Source: the human T2T-CHM13v2.0 reference genome, Homo sapiens
Length of the DNA: 64,000 nt
Assembly: GCF_009914755.1 (NCBI RefSeq)
Contig: NC_060932.1
Reading direction: 5' to 3' (one strand)
Under the pieces are notes generated by a model. It was given only the letters and a program-made list of their open reading frames with translations, did no database searches and had not been told where the DNA came from. Positions 1-13,940 of the stretch are shown piece by piece. Made by a program: the position numbers and the translations under genes. Position 1 is the stretch's first letter; each line of letters opens with the position of its first letter.

Positions 1-181
1 TCTCTCCTTCTGAAGCCCCATGGCGATCCTGTCCCACTCCTTAAACTATCTGTATCTCCACACTCTCCCTGTACTCCATGAAGTCCCCTGAAGGGCAAAA
101 GACAACTCTACTTGCTTTTCTAGAGGACATGGGCCTTGGCAGGGACCTGGGTACAGCTCCTGCCAAAAGCACCGTGGGCAT

Positions 182-239
182 CAGCCCCAGGTAAGGGAGC
201 ACTCATGGACCAGCCCCAGGTAAGGGAGGACTCATGGAC
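182..239 (+). repeat. 29-bp tandem duplication
   Basis: cagccccaggtaagggagcactcatggac / cagccccaggtaagggaggactcatggac. Confidence 0.95.
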
Positions 240-714
240 CAATCCAGGGATAAAACGGAACACGAGTTTTATATCCTGGTGGGCGGGGGGGGAAGGGGGC
301 AGGTGTCAGCAGCGATGGAAATGTGAGGACACCAGGCCTGGAGCTTCAGTGACTTGGCCAAAGTCCCACGGCTGCCCTCGGTGTGCACTCAGGCTCTGGA
401 ACATCATGGCTCATCACGTTTAACCTCCTGTTTCCATCTGGGTGATGAAAAGCTAAGGGGAGTTAACGCGCCGCTGCAGCTCATTGTCAAAGCCAGCTTC
501 AGGCAGAGAACGAAGGAGGGAGCGACTTCGGGGCTGGGTGAGCTGGATTCTGTTCCTGCTCTGCCACCACCATAAGCGGTCCCAGCTGTTACAACGCGGC
601 TCTGCACCTCCACTTCCTCCTCTGTAAAATGAGTGTCCTCGCCTCTGTCCTCGCTCCCTCTCAAGACTTCTGGGGGAGGGATGACACGCTATGAAAATGC
701 TGAACCTGGACTCA

Positions 715-1161
<447 letters not shown>

Positions 1162-1306
1162 CTAAGGGGTTCCCTGCTGAGCCAGGAGAGGGAATTAGGG
1201 CCACCAATTCCCGGTGCTCAGAGTTGCTACCTCCTTAGGCCTAACTTTGGGATAATCTTTCCATCCCCCAAGGTGGCACCAATGACTCACACAATTGGGA
1301 ATCTTA

Positions 1307-1582
<276 letters not shown>

Positions 1583-3131
1583 TCATTTTAAAGCTTTGAA
1601 AAAAGTTCCCCAATTCTGTTCTTCATTATCAGCACTCCCTCCACAAGTTTCCTTTCCCTGCATCTCAACCTCCATGCTTTTGGAAGCCTCCCCTGTAAGT
1701 TCCATCTGACTCTGACCTTGGCATCCCCCCACTATCCTGCAAAACTCAGCCAGGGAATCACAGAGCCCTGCGGCAGGCAGCACAGTTTCTCAGCAATCAT
1801 GTAGGTCCCCACTTGGGCATCTGGTCACTCGGGGACCCTTTGTCATGGACTATTGAGAAATCTAGTCTCGTTGGAGTGACTAGGGGCTTTATTTTCTGGC
1901 TAAAGAGGGTATCTCTTACTCCTACAAGCAGATAGCCATTTACAGCTGCAAGTACCCATGTCCATGGCGGACACCGTAATAAGCTATGCCCAGGGGCTCT
2001 GTTCAAAGTCATTTGCTGCCTGTTACATACACCTGTTATTTTGTCTTCTAGGTTAATGTTTTCCCGCAGGCAAGTGGTAGCAGATGTCAAGGGTTAAGGA
2101 CAATTTAGGAGGTAAGAATTTCCAGGTAAGAAACGCTTTTCCATGAACTTGATGTTTTTATAAAATGCGTCTGTCCAGCTACTTGGGTACCATGACCTTA
2201 CCCCGCCCCTTACCCATTATATGGGAGATGAGGACGCTGGGGCCCAGCAGAGTTCGCGGCAGGCTGGGGGGCTCCCGGTTCCCCGAGTCCGCGCCTACCA
2301 CGAGCAGTACCACGCCTCCCCGCCAGGGGTCAGGCACGGACCCCTCGTTCTCGTTGTGGACGCTTGGTTTTCCGCGGTCCTGTTTGACTTAAGGCTCTTT
2401 CCTCTCCTGTCAATTCCCCTGCCTCAACCCCCTTCCATCCTCCAGTTTCCCTCAGCCAATGTGCCTCTCTCATCACCTACTTGCAAAAGGACACCCAGAG
2501 GCGTACGCCATGCTGTTGCCACAGCCCCTCCACACCCCCACCCCAGCCTCAGCCCAGAGGCTGCAAACTGTCTCCCCGACCCTGCCCGGGTGCAGCTGTG
2601 CCCCCAGTCTCTAAGGAACCCGAGCCTGGCCTTAGGGAGTTCATTCATCAAGGGCTTTTCTCTCCATTTTGTAGGCTGCACTTGTGTCGGGTGCCTCGGG
2701 CGATGAGCCCAGGAGCCCGCTCTCCACGCAGTGACGCTTCCCAAGCTGGTGCTTTAGAGCCCTCACTTGCCTGGCTGCTCTGAGGCCCCGTCCCTGATGG
2801 CTTCTGACAATTTGGTGTCCTTTGTAAAGACGACCTCAGATCCTATCAGCTTCAGTTTCACAAAACCTGGATCCCCTGCCTCTGTGGTATGTCTGGACTG
2901 CCCTGGGCAGGCAGGGCCTGGCTCTGAGATGAAGATTTCTCAGCACTGAAGGACCGCCTGCCTTTGAGCTGTGAAACTAGTCTATCCTCACATAGACACC
3001 AGTAAACTGAGGCTTGAGAGGCTCAAGGACACCCCGGAGGCCACGAAGGGTAGAACTCACTCCCCTGCTTCCATCCCTGTCTTGCATTCACTGCTGTGGC
3101 TCGGAGAAGCAGAGGGGTCTTGCTTTGGAGT

Positions 3132-3372
3132 TGTGTGTGTGTGTGCATATGTACGTGTAAGGTGTGTACATGTGTTGCACACGTGTTCATTGCATCTGTG
3201 CATATGTGCACATGTATATGTGTGCATGTGTGTGTATATGTGCATGCGTGGACATGTGTATGTGTTTGCATGTGTATGTGTGCACACATGCCTGTGTATG
3301 CACATGTGTGTATATGTGTGCATTTGTGCATATGTGCATGTGTGTTCATGTGTGCATGTGTATGTGCGTGTG
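3132..3372. repeat. Degenerate (TG/TA/CA)n microsatellite
   Basis: Alternating purine-pyrimidine tract; source of the Cys/Val and His/Thr ORFs. Confidence 0.95.
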
Positions 3373-4529
3373 GTGGTGATGATGGTTGAACAGTCCTGCA
3401 GCCCTGGTCCCATATGGCCTATTCCCAGCTTGGACTGGCTTCCTGGGGTGGACATGGACAGGAAAAGATGCCAGACTCATAGAGAACCCCTTCTTCCTCC
3501 ACACCAGATTGGGCAGGGGGTGGGGAGGCTTTCACCTTAGCAATAGGCAATGGTTGAAATATCATTTCCAGGGTGACATGACATGATGTTTGGGATTTAC
3601 TTCGAAAGAACAGGGGTGGAGCGGGAGATACAGATGAAACAAGACTGGCTCAGTTGATAATTGTTGAAGCTGGCTGTTGGGTACCAGGGGTTCCACTAAA
3701 CTATTTTCTCTACTTCTGTGTATGTTTGAAATGTCCTGGAACAACAATAAAACACTTATGTCATCTCCAGTGATTCCCAAATTATTTCTTGTACAGAGGT
3801 GCTCTGCCACAAAAATGAAATAGTGACAATATCCAATATGAATATAAATATAAAATGCATATATCTATGTGTATGTATATGTATGTATATGCATTCATTG
3901 GCATATTCCAAGAAATCCTGCACAGAGCACCCCAGCTTTCCAATGCACCCTTCCTGCTCCCCAACCTGGTCCTGCCCCTTTGTGGGGCACCAAGGCCTCA
4001 TGATGTCCCCAGAGAATCACAGGGTGCTATGACAGCTTTTCATACTCTGGGTTTCCACTCTGGCTGCTGTTCTTGAGCCACAGATGGAACCAATGGACAG
4101 CCCAAGGGTGCTCCCACCAGGTGACAACTCTGTCCATTCTCATCGCCCCAACCACAGGGAACCAGACTCATATTCCAGACACTCTCTCTCCCTTTCCTCC
4201 TCTGATGTCACTGTCACCATCTCCTCTCCAGTTAAAATTGGCTACAAGGCTGTACCTGGTCCCTGTGGACAGCTTCCTGATGAGCAAAGCATTCTTCATA
4301 CTGCCTGGGAAGCCCCTGGGTCACCCTAGCTTGCCACGTTGTAGAGCTTGGGAAGCCTCTCAGCCTCTTAGATGATGTGGTCACTGGTGCTTTGGGCTCT
4401 GATGCTTACTGTTGGCCCCCAGCAAGTCACTTCCTGTTTCAGGGGCTCCCTTTCCTCATCTGTCAAGTGGATTAGTATCTTACAGACGAAAAGCTAGTGG
4501 CCAGTGAGCACCAGGGACCATAATAGGGT

Positions 4530-5420
4530 TCGGTGCAACACATGCATTAACAGCCCCAAACTGGAAACAACTCAATGCCCACAACATGAGAATGGCTAAC
4601 TTGACTCTGGAATGGTCACACCCGGGATTCTGTATAGCAATGAACATGAACAGGCTCACCATCCTCAACCACATGAATGAATCTGTTACTGGTTGAATCA
4701 TGTGCGCTCCCAATTCATATGTTAAAGTCCTAACCCTCGGTCCTGAGAATGTGGCTATATGTGGAGACAGAGCCTTTAAAGGGGTGATTAAGTTAAAATG
4801 AGGTCATATGGGTGGGCCCTAATCCAAACTGACAGGTGTCCTTACAAGAAGAGATTAGGACACAGACATGCATGGAGGGACGGCCACGTGAGGACACAGA
4901 GAAGACGGCCATCGGCAAGCCAAGGAGAGAGCTCCCGGGAGGAGCCAACGCTGCTGACACTTTGGTCGTGGACTTCCAGCCTCCAGAGCTGTGAGATAAT
5001 AAGCTTCTGTGGTGGAAGCCACCCAGTCTGTGCCACTTTGTTACGGCAGCCCAGGAAACTAACATAGAATCCCACAAACACTGCTGAGTGACAGAAGCAA
5101 GACACACAGAAACAAAAACAGTGATTCTATCTACATCAAGCTGAAAAAACAGACAAGACATGGTGGCGAAACCACAGAGAAGAGCAAGGAAGGATTTCCA
5201 TCCAAGTCAGGACAGCAGGTAGCTCTTGAGGGTGGGGGTTGAATCAGGAAGGAGCCCAAGTGGGGGAGTGAGGGGGCTCCTGGTGGTCTGGGATGCTCTT
5301 TCTCTTGGCTGTCATTACACAGGGATTTGTTTATTATTACCCTATATGATTTAGAATTACACATTCATACTTCATGCAAGCTTTATATGTGTTTTATATT
5401 TTACACCAAAAAAATTAAGA
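4530..5420 (+). mobile_element. Old L1M(E) 3' fragment interrupted by an MLT1 LTR
   Basis: L1 3'-end motifs (aaactggaaacaactcaatgccca; acatgaatgaatc...ctgagtgacagaagc) continue across the LTR. Confidence 0.7.
4684..5066 (+). mobile_element. MaLR solo LTR, MLT1A/MLT1B-type
   Basis: MLT1 motifs (gggccctaatcca, gtgtccttacaagaagag, ggacttccagcctccagagctgtgag); 5-bp TSD GAATC at 4679-4683 and 5067-5071. Confidence 0.9.
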
Positions 5421-5642
5421 AGGAAAGAAAGCCAAATGACAGAGAAAGAGAGAAAACCCCTGAGGGTGATGGCAGCTGTTTTGCTCAGTCAGTGGATTTG
5501 AACTCATGAGTGTCTAGACTGGCATGGGCTCCCCACAATTACCACCCTCTTCTCTTACATCACGGCACAGGCCACTTCCTAACATATGCTACCTGCAGCC
5601 TCTGGCTGAGATGATCTTGAAGGATTCTTTGAGCTCCCCCTA

Positions 5643-6254
<612 letters not shown>

Positions 6255-7132
6255 TCAGTGCCCTCTGCCCCGCTGCCCTTCCAGTTCCGCTTCCTGTCAG
6301 CCCTGGACTCACTGTTTTCCTAGAACGAAACAAGAACACTAGTTGGTTGACCTTTGTTAATTTTGCTTTGGAAAAATGCCCCTGATCACTCTCTCCAAAG
6401 CACAGCTGCGTATCACAGGCACGTGCCTCCTCCTTGCAGTCTGAGATCTGAATTAGGCAAACTGCCGAGACTCTCTGAGCAGGGACCCCAGTATGTCCCC
6501 TTCGGTATGGGGTTGTTCTGTGCAGGACAGCCCCACGGTTCCCCACACTGTTCCAGGGAAAGAAGCGGGGCCCACAGTGTCCAGAGAAGACTCGTTGCTG
6601 GGCCTCAGTCCTCAGGCAGAGCTAGTCCCTGTGAGCAGATTCGTGGGGGCTCTGGCTGGCCGAGTCCGAAATTCCCAGTGCCATGGGGACATGGGAGAAG
6701 ATGGGGGCTGGGGGATTAGAAGATTGGGAGTATTAATCAGTTCTGAACAACGCCACCCTCCTGGGAGCCCCCGAGGGCTGAGCCCTGAGTCCTGCCCATG
6801 GAGGCTGTAGGGGAGGGGATGCTGGTCATAGTGCCTCCCTGGTAGCCTTCGAGGCCATCAGACACTGGGGCCGGTTCCATCCAGGGGAGCCAGGAGAAGG
6901 ACCGCTCTTGTTTAGCTGGGAAGAGCGGCTTGCTCAGTGTCACACAGCAGTCTGAATGTCGTCTGGAGCCAGCAGAGAGGCCTTTCCCAGCAGAGCTCAT
7001 TTCCTGTCCCCTCTTTGCTAGTGCCTGCAGGCTCCCTGGTCAGTCCCACTCTGGCCCTGCCCTGCCTAACAGCCCAGGGAGCAGAAACAGTGACTGCATC
7101 TTGGCTCGAGGGGGGTTCCCGTGCCCACCTAC

Positions 7133-7231
7133 CTTTCCATTTCCAGGCTCTCCACTCGGGCCACAAAGTTGCTGGGCACATAGCCTTCTCTTCCTGTGAC
7201 GAGTGACCTGGCCAGCCACCAGTCTCCAGTT
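7133..7231 (-). CDS. BLK: BLK exon 5 (99 nt), SH3 second half [32 protein letters not shown]
   Basis: SH3 WW and GYVPSNF motifs; acceptor ctcccattag|A, donor AAAG|gtaggt. Confidence 0.99.
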
Positions 7232-8129
7232 CTAATGGGAGCAGGGGAAACAGAGATGAGATCATGGCCCCTGTAGGCCCGTCACTGGGCAGCTCTCAGG
7301 CCTCCTCAAAGTCATCTCTCCCTGGAGGGCAGAGAATCCGCAGGGGTAGAGAGTACGGCAGGCAGGAAGGGGCTTGTGCCCACTGCTCAGTGGTACAGTG
7401 GCTATCTGGGCAAGTTCTAGGGGGAAGAGCTTATCTACACAGCCTGACCAGCCAAGAGGGCACAAGGATCCAGCCAGCAGCCTTCCTCTTGATGAATGGG
7501 ACGTGTTCAGAGCTTGGTGAGGGACTGGGGACAGGCTTGAGAAAAACACGGTTGGCGTGGACTGTATAGAATCAGCAGTCAGGACCTTTGTGAGCTTGGC
7601 TCAGGGCCTTTGGAGAACTTCAAGAACCAAATCAGACCCTCAGAGCTCCACAGGACAAGCCTGGCCACTGAGAGAGAGCTGACCTAGAAGGAGTTTCTGA
7701 GAAGGACATGGGAAATGAGCTAAAGCGGGATTGGTGTGTGTCATCAGTGTGGGCTCCTGTCTTGAAAAGGAGACAAATATGGACACAACTGGCTTAAATG
7801 CAAGGCTTTCACGGAACAGCCAGACCAGCCTGCATAAAGGACAAGGTCCACATGCCCAAAAGAGTCAGGAGGGCTGCATGGAGGCGGTGGCATGGAACGT
7901 GGACTTTGAAGGATGAGCAGGAGGTTGTGAATGGAAATTACTTCACCGGAAAGATTTTGGAGAGGAAGACAAAAGGGCCAAGTTCAAGAAAATGCTGGGG
8001 CCAGGGCTGGGGGCAGGGCGATGGAGAAGACTTCCAGGGTCAGCCATGGAGGATGTGGTGGGTGGAGAAAGGAGAGATGTGGGGGAGGGGGGTCCTGCAG
8101 GGACAGGGGATGGTGTCCTGGAACCTCAC

Positions 8130-8223
8130 CCCTTCAGGACCTGTAGCTTCTCCCCCTTCAGCATCTGCAGGTCCCGATCATTCATAGCGGTGTAGTCATA
8201 CAGAGCCACCACGAAATGCTTGT
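8130..8223 (-). CDS. BLK: BLK exon 4 (94 nt), SH3 first half (D)KHFVVALYDYTAMNDRDLQMLKGEKLQVLK(G)
   Basis: SH3 ALYDY motif; acceptor ttcattttag|AC, donor AAGGG|gtgagg. Codon 71 (8186-8188) is GCT, Ala. Confidence 0.99.
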
Positions 8224-9327
8224 CTAAAATGAACAAGGGAGAGATGACCACCACTCAGGCCCACAAGCGGGAAGGTGGGGCTGGGGTGAGCCTGGCTACC
8301 AAGGAGGACAGGCTTCTGCTTGCCCATGATGGAAATGATGTTCTCACCCAGCACAGGCCCCCACCCCCAGCCCTGTGACCCCACCAGGGATGGGCTGCCC
8401 CCCAGAGCCCATCCTGTCCTCCGTTGTAGACCCACTAAGAAGCCCTATGACCTGGACAAGGCGTGTGTGAGGAAGCTGATGGCCAGAGGTCAGCCACAGG
8501 GAGGCAGCCACTGCTGGGCTGCTGGTGGCCTCAGGCCCACATTCGGACATAGTGCTGGGAGCCCTCATCTTCTTATTCTACACCTGCCCTCGGAGGCCCA
8601 TAAGCCTCCTCTTATCCTTTTCTTCCTCTGCCCCGCCTGCCTCTATCCCCAGTAGGGGTGGTCTTGCCACGTGGCAGCTGGAGCCCTGGCCTCTCCACTG
8701 TCTGTGTCCAGAGCCCCAGCCACACTGTCTATGGCTGCCAGTGACCCTGCCGGGCCCCCCACCTTGCTGGCGGGCCCTGGATGGAAGGCAGGAAGAGGGC
8801 TCAGGAGCTTGGAGCACCATCTTCAAGTGAGCCCTGCTGTGACGCAGGCTCTCTGCACAGCTCTGGGAGCCACAGGACCCACCTGATGAAGGTCACCTGG
8901 AGAGCACTTAGCTTCCCCGGGTGGGGTGGCTCCGCTCTGTCACTGAGCTGAGTGTTGTGACCTCGGGCTGGTCACCTCTTCTCAGCAGGAAAGCGAGGGT
9001 CAGAATGGGTGACAGTGGTTCCCTGAAGTTTTAAGATTCAGGTTCTGCTCACAAGTGTGACAGATTCTGAGCTTTTCCAGGGAAGGGGTCGCATCTACCT
9101 GTTGTCACCCCTTCGCCATTCCTGGGACAGAGCTGGGCTCTGTGTGCTGAATGCCCAGTACACATCATATGAGCAGGTTAATGGGTGGGGCCCGGCTGGC
9201 CGAGGCATCCCTTCCCCATGCTGTGTGGACATGGATGATGAGGAGGCTGTGGGAAGTCACTTTGAAGGAGGCCACCCTCTTGGGAGTCCCCAGGGGTGGA
9301 GCCTCTGGCCCAGAAAGGCTGAGCTCA

Positions 9328-9670
<343 letters not shown>

Positions 9671-10151
9671 CCAAGTGGAGTCTGGGGACCAGGGAGGGGC
9701 GTGGGTGGTTAGGTGGTCAGCAGCGGGACTCTCGAAGTGACTGGGAGCGGGAAACAAGAAGGTGCCCTCCACATAGAGCGGACAGGGGCTGGAGGCAAGG
9801 GCCTGGAGCCACTGGCCCAGCCCTTTGCGTTTGAGAGTTAGCATATTTTAAAACTTGGGTTTGATGATGCTGTGTGTCTTCCCTGGGACTCTTGTTTTTG
9901 TTCTTGTTTACAGTTTGTAAAGTCTTTCATGTTTTAAAAGTCCCACCCAGGCTCAGGCATACTGAAGAAACTTGTTCTTGGTTCCTGAAGAGACGCCCCA
10001 AGAGGCACAGAGCCGGGGCCTCTCTCAGCTTCCCCGTTTTCTCTTCTCCAGCCCTCAAGCTGCTCCTGACTCAACCTTTTTCCAACTCCACAAAGCTGCC
10101 ACCTAGGGGAGAGGGCTGTGGAGCCTCAGCTTCCCAAACCACCCTTCTTAC

Positions 10152-10203
10152 CTTCATCCAGGTGTTCATCGGGCGGTGGAGGAGTAAGGTGGTTGAAGAC
10201 AAC
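10152..10203 (-). CDS. BLK: BLK exon 3 (52 nt), VVFNHLTPPPPDEHLDE
   Basis: Acceptor ttttctacccaag|GTT, donor GAAG|gtaaga; phase 0 to 1 joins exons 2 and 4. Confidence 0.98.
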
Positions 10204-10697
10204 CTTGGGTAGAAAACACACACTTGAGTTATTTCAGTCCCTGCTGCGTGGGTGGGGCCTGGGGGTTGAGACTGCTGAGCCGGGCAGCCAGGGTATCTCC
10301 AGGGACCTACTGAAGGAGGAGAGGCAGCTGCCTGTGGGGGCTGCTCAGGGACATTCTGTACCCAGGGACCAGCACTACCCTCAGACAGACCCCCGCCCTC
10401 TGCTGCCTTTGCCCTGACCGCGCTGGGGGATGCCCCAATGTGGATATGAGACAGCTGTGGACAATGAGGGAAAGCCCAACCACTTGGGCTTAACATCCTG
10501 GCTCTACCATTACAAGATCAAACTGCAAACGGGTATTTGTTGACAAGAAAAAATATTTAAAAAGCATATTTCCCCAAAACTCGACAAACATATTTGTAGG
10601 TATATATCCTGTAGAGAAACTTCTGTGTATGTGTACAAGAGTGTACAAGGGAATGTGTACAAGAGGGCTCCTAGCAAAAATCATAATACATAAACAA

Positions 10698-10989
10698 TTT
10701 TTTTTTGAGATGGAGTCTCGCTCTGTTGCCCAGGCTGGAGTGCAGTGGCGTAATCTCGGATCACTGCAACCTCCGCCTCCTCAGTTCAAGCAATTCTCGT
10801 GCCTCAGCCTCCCAAGTAGCTGAGATTACAGGTGCCCGCCATCACGCCCAGCTAATTTTTGTATTTTTAGTAGATACAGGTTTTCGCCATGTTGGCCAGG
10901 CTGATCTTGAACTCCTGGCCTCAAGTGATCCTCCCACCTCGGCCTCCCAAAGTGCTGGGATTACAGGCGTGAGCCATCATGCCCGACCG
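10698..10989 (-). mobile_element. Alu (AluS-type)
   Basis: Reverse dimer, TSD atacataaacaattt. Confidence 0.97.
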
Positions 10990-11990
10990 ATACATAAACA
11001 ATTTTAAAACGTGGAACTAACCCTCATGACAGAAGAATAAACAAATTACAGTATACTCAGGCAATAAAATTAATGAGCAATAGCCACGTGCATCAACGTC
11101 GATATGTTTCACATGCGTAACACGGAGCCACAACCCCAGTCTCAGAAGCATATGCGCTGTTTGATGTAGTTGATTTAAAGTTTACAACATGAATAATGAA
11201 ACTAAATATCGTTTAGGGGTAATACATATGTGATAATATTAAAAAGCAAAGCTAAGGAATGATAAACAGATTCTGGGTATTGGGGCCTGGGGTGAAGGGT
11301 ACAAACAGGGGAGGGAGGAGGGAGATTCAAAGGAACGAGTCTCTTTCTTGTCTGAAGTTGGGAGGTGGCTATACAAGTGTGCGTTTTGGTGTATTCTTTC
11401 AACCTGACATATGTTACAAATATTCTTTTCTTAATTCCATATTTATTGAACACAATTTTGAAGTAGCATTTTGCAAAATGATGTGCATGTATGTTTCTCT
11501 TAAAAATAGGAACACATGAAATGAACACACGGAAGAAGGGTCTCGAGGCAACTCTGGTGACTCTACATAGTGGAATAATGAGTAATTATAATTTTTTCCA
11601 TATACATATTATGTGACTCTTTTAAGTGAAAAAAATTCCAGGTGCTACTACTTATTATCATATAATTTTGGGGAAATTACTCAATCAGTCTAAGTCCAAG
11701 TTTCCCCATTTGATCAATTATTTATTCAATAAACATCTTGTGGTTGTGCGCTGAGACCGGCGCTAAACTGGGACAGAGATAGGTAAGATGCCTGGGTTCA
11801 TCTAGGAAGTGGGATTAGTAATCCCCGTCTCCCCATCAGGTCCCTGTTAGGATAAAGAGATGACCACGTGGACATGTGGACAGCACAGGAGAGGGGGTCG
11901 CGGCAAGGCTCCCAACTGCCCCAAACCAAAAGGGGGTCACTGGTCAGGGAGTGGAGAGAGCACAAAGAATCATCTAAAAATGTATCTTCA

Positions 11991-12289
11991 GGCCCGGCAC
12001 GGATGCTCAAACCTGTAATCCCACCACTTTGGGAGGCCAAGGCAGGTGGATCACCTGAGGTCAGGAGTTCAAGACCAATCTAGCCAACATGGTGAAACTC
12101 TGTCTCTACTAAAAATGTAAAAATTAGCCAGGTGTGGTGGCATGTGTGCCTGTGATTCCAGCTACTCAGAAGGCTGAGGTACGAGAATCACTTGAATCCA
12201 GGAGGCAGAGGTTGCAGTGAGCCAAGGTCCCACCACTGCACTCCAGCCTGGGCAGCAGAGCGAGACTCTGTCTCAAAAAAAAAAAAAAA
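11991..12289 (+). mobile_element. Alu (AluS-type)
   Basis: Full dimer, TSD aaaaatg(t/c)atcttca. Confidence 0.97.
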
Positions 12290-12907
12290 TGCATCTTCAG
12301 ACATGCTGTAGCCATCAAAAGGAGCTAAGTGTTTTATAAACAAATCAAACTGCATGACTAGGAAAATGCATTCCCCAGCAATAAGACCTTTTCACTTGAA
12401 ATTTCACTTTTTTTTTCCTTTGGAAAGTTTTCCTCATTTAAAATGCCCATGGGATTCCAGGAAAACTTAAGAGCCTGCTCGGGAGGTGAGGACAGGCACC
12501 CTCCTGTTTCATGATGCTTATCCCAGGAAAGCAGGCTCTTTGGAATGCCAGCAGCAATGCCACATAGGGGACAAGGGTCTCCAGGAGCTGCTGGGGAGAA
12601 GAGAGGTAGTAGCTGCAGCTAGATACCCGGATCCTTCCTTACGACACTCTCTCCCCAAGCTGACCTTTTTACATTTCTTTTTCTTTTCAAGGCTGCCCTC
12701 GAGAAATGAGCTCTGGCTAAGAATTATTGGGAGCTAACCAGGCCGGGTCCTGTGCGTGTTATATTGCATGGCACACCTGCTTATACATTGCAGATCGTTA
12801 CATCCCTATCAGGAAGGCAATTTTGCTATACCCATTTTACAAACTTGGACATTAAGGCATAGGAGAAGTAAGTAATCTGCTCTTGGTGGGGGTGGGCAAT
12901 CACTCAC

Positions 12908-13030
12908 CAGGGGCGGCAGTGGCGGGGCGTCCTTGTCTTGGGCGCTGACCTTCAGGGGGCTCCATTGGCCCTTGTCCTTCTCTTTGATCGGCTTTTCCTT
13001 GTCCGGCTTTTTGCTACTTACCAGCCCCAT
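12908..13030 (-). CDS. BLK: BLK exon 2 coding part (exon 12908-13031), aa 1-41: SH4 myristoylation motif and unique domain
   Basis: Reads MGLVSSKKPDKEKPIKEKDKGQWSPLKVSAQDKDAPPLPPL, the human BLK N-terminus. Acceptor ccgacag|G-ATG, donor CTG|gtgagt, 123 coding nt, phase 0. Confidence 0.99.
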
Positions 13031-13940
13031 CCTGTCGGAGACACACAGCAGACAGAGGACATGAGAGAGCGGGGCCTCAGATCTTCTGCACAGAGGGGAT
13101 CCCTGGCCCCTTCCGGGAGGCTGGTTAGAAAGGTGGGGTGGAAGTGGGTGCAGCAAAGACCTCAAAGTCAGAACGTGGGTAGAAGCGGGTGGGTGAGCTA
13201 AATGGGTGTCCATCTTTTTTCGGGGGCCCATACAGCAGAAAGCACTGCATTTAGGACACAGAAATCCTCTGGCTGGAGATAACCGCTGGAAACCACTGGG
13301 GTGGATCCCGGTCCTCAGGTGACAGGAGCCTGAGCGGGAGGCCACGTGGTGTTCTAGAAAGAGCCCACCAATGTGTCTGGGGCTCTGGGTTTAGTTTTCA
13401 TTTTGTCTCTGGCTGTGTCACTTGGGAAAGTGACATTTTCTCTCCGACCCATTAGCTCTTTGGTAAACAGCAGGGGCTTTGTTAGAAGATGACTAACGTT
13501 CTCTCCCTCTCAGATTTTTGGGTGAGACACTATATACATTTAGGACAGATTGATAGCACAGGCATCGAGGCCTAGCTGCGGCCTCACAGTAATATCAGGG
13601 GTCTCCTTAAAGGGGGGAAGATGTGGTCAGGTTTTTTTCTTTGGTAAAGAATTTTAGGATGGCAGATGTGGGACAGGCCCTTTTGACACCATCAACACCA
13701 CCATGTTGTCACCATCCTCATTCCAGGGGCTGCTATTTATATGTTAAGGAGTTTGCTCAGGGTCAAACAACTGGCCCGTGAGAGCCAGCTCTGGAGTCCA
13801 GTCTGACCTGAGACCACTGCACTCCTGCACTTACATCGGGCTCTTCCTCGAGATGCAGACATCATAGAGAGGAAGCACCCAAGTCCCCACGCGTGTCAGA
13901 AGGGCGTGTTGTTAGTGGTGATTTCCTTTGGATGTACACA

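Noticed and set aside
2971-3540. Cys/Val- and His/Thr-rich ORFs (also near 18000 and 51150)
   Set aside because: Translations of degenerate TG/CA microsatellites.
8186-8188. Possible disease-associated coding variants (A71T, P39L, R238Q)
   Set aside because: The codons read Ala71, Pro39 and Arg238, the common residues.
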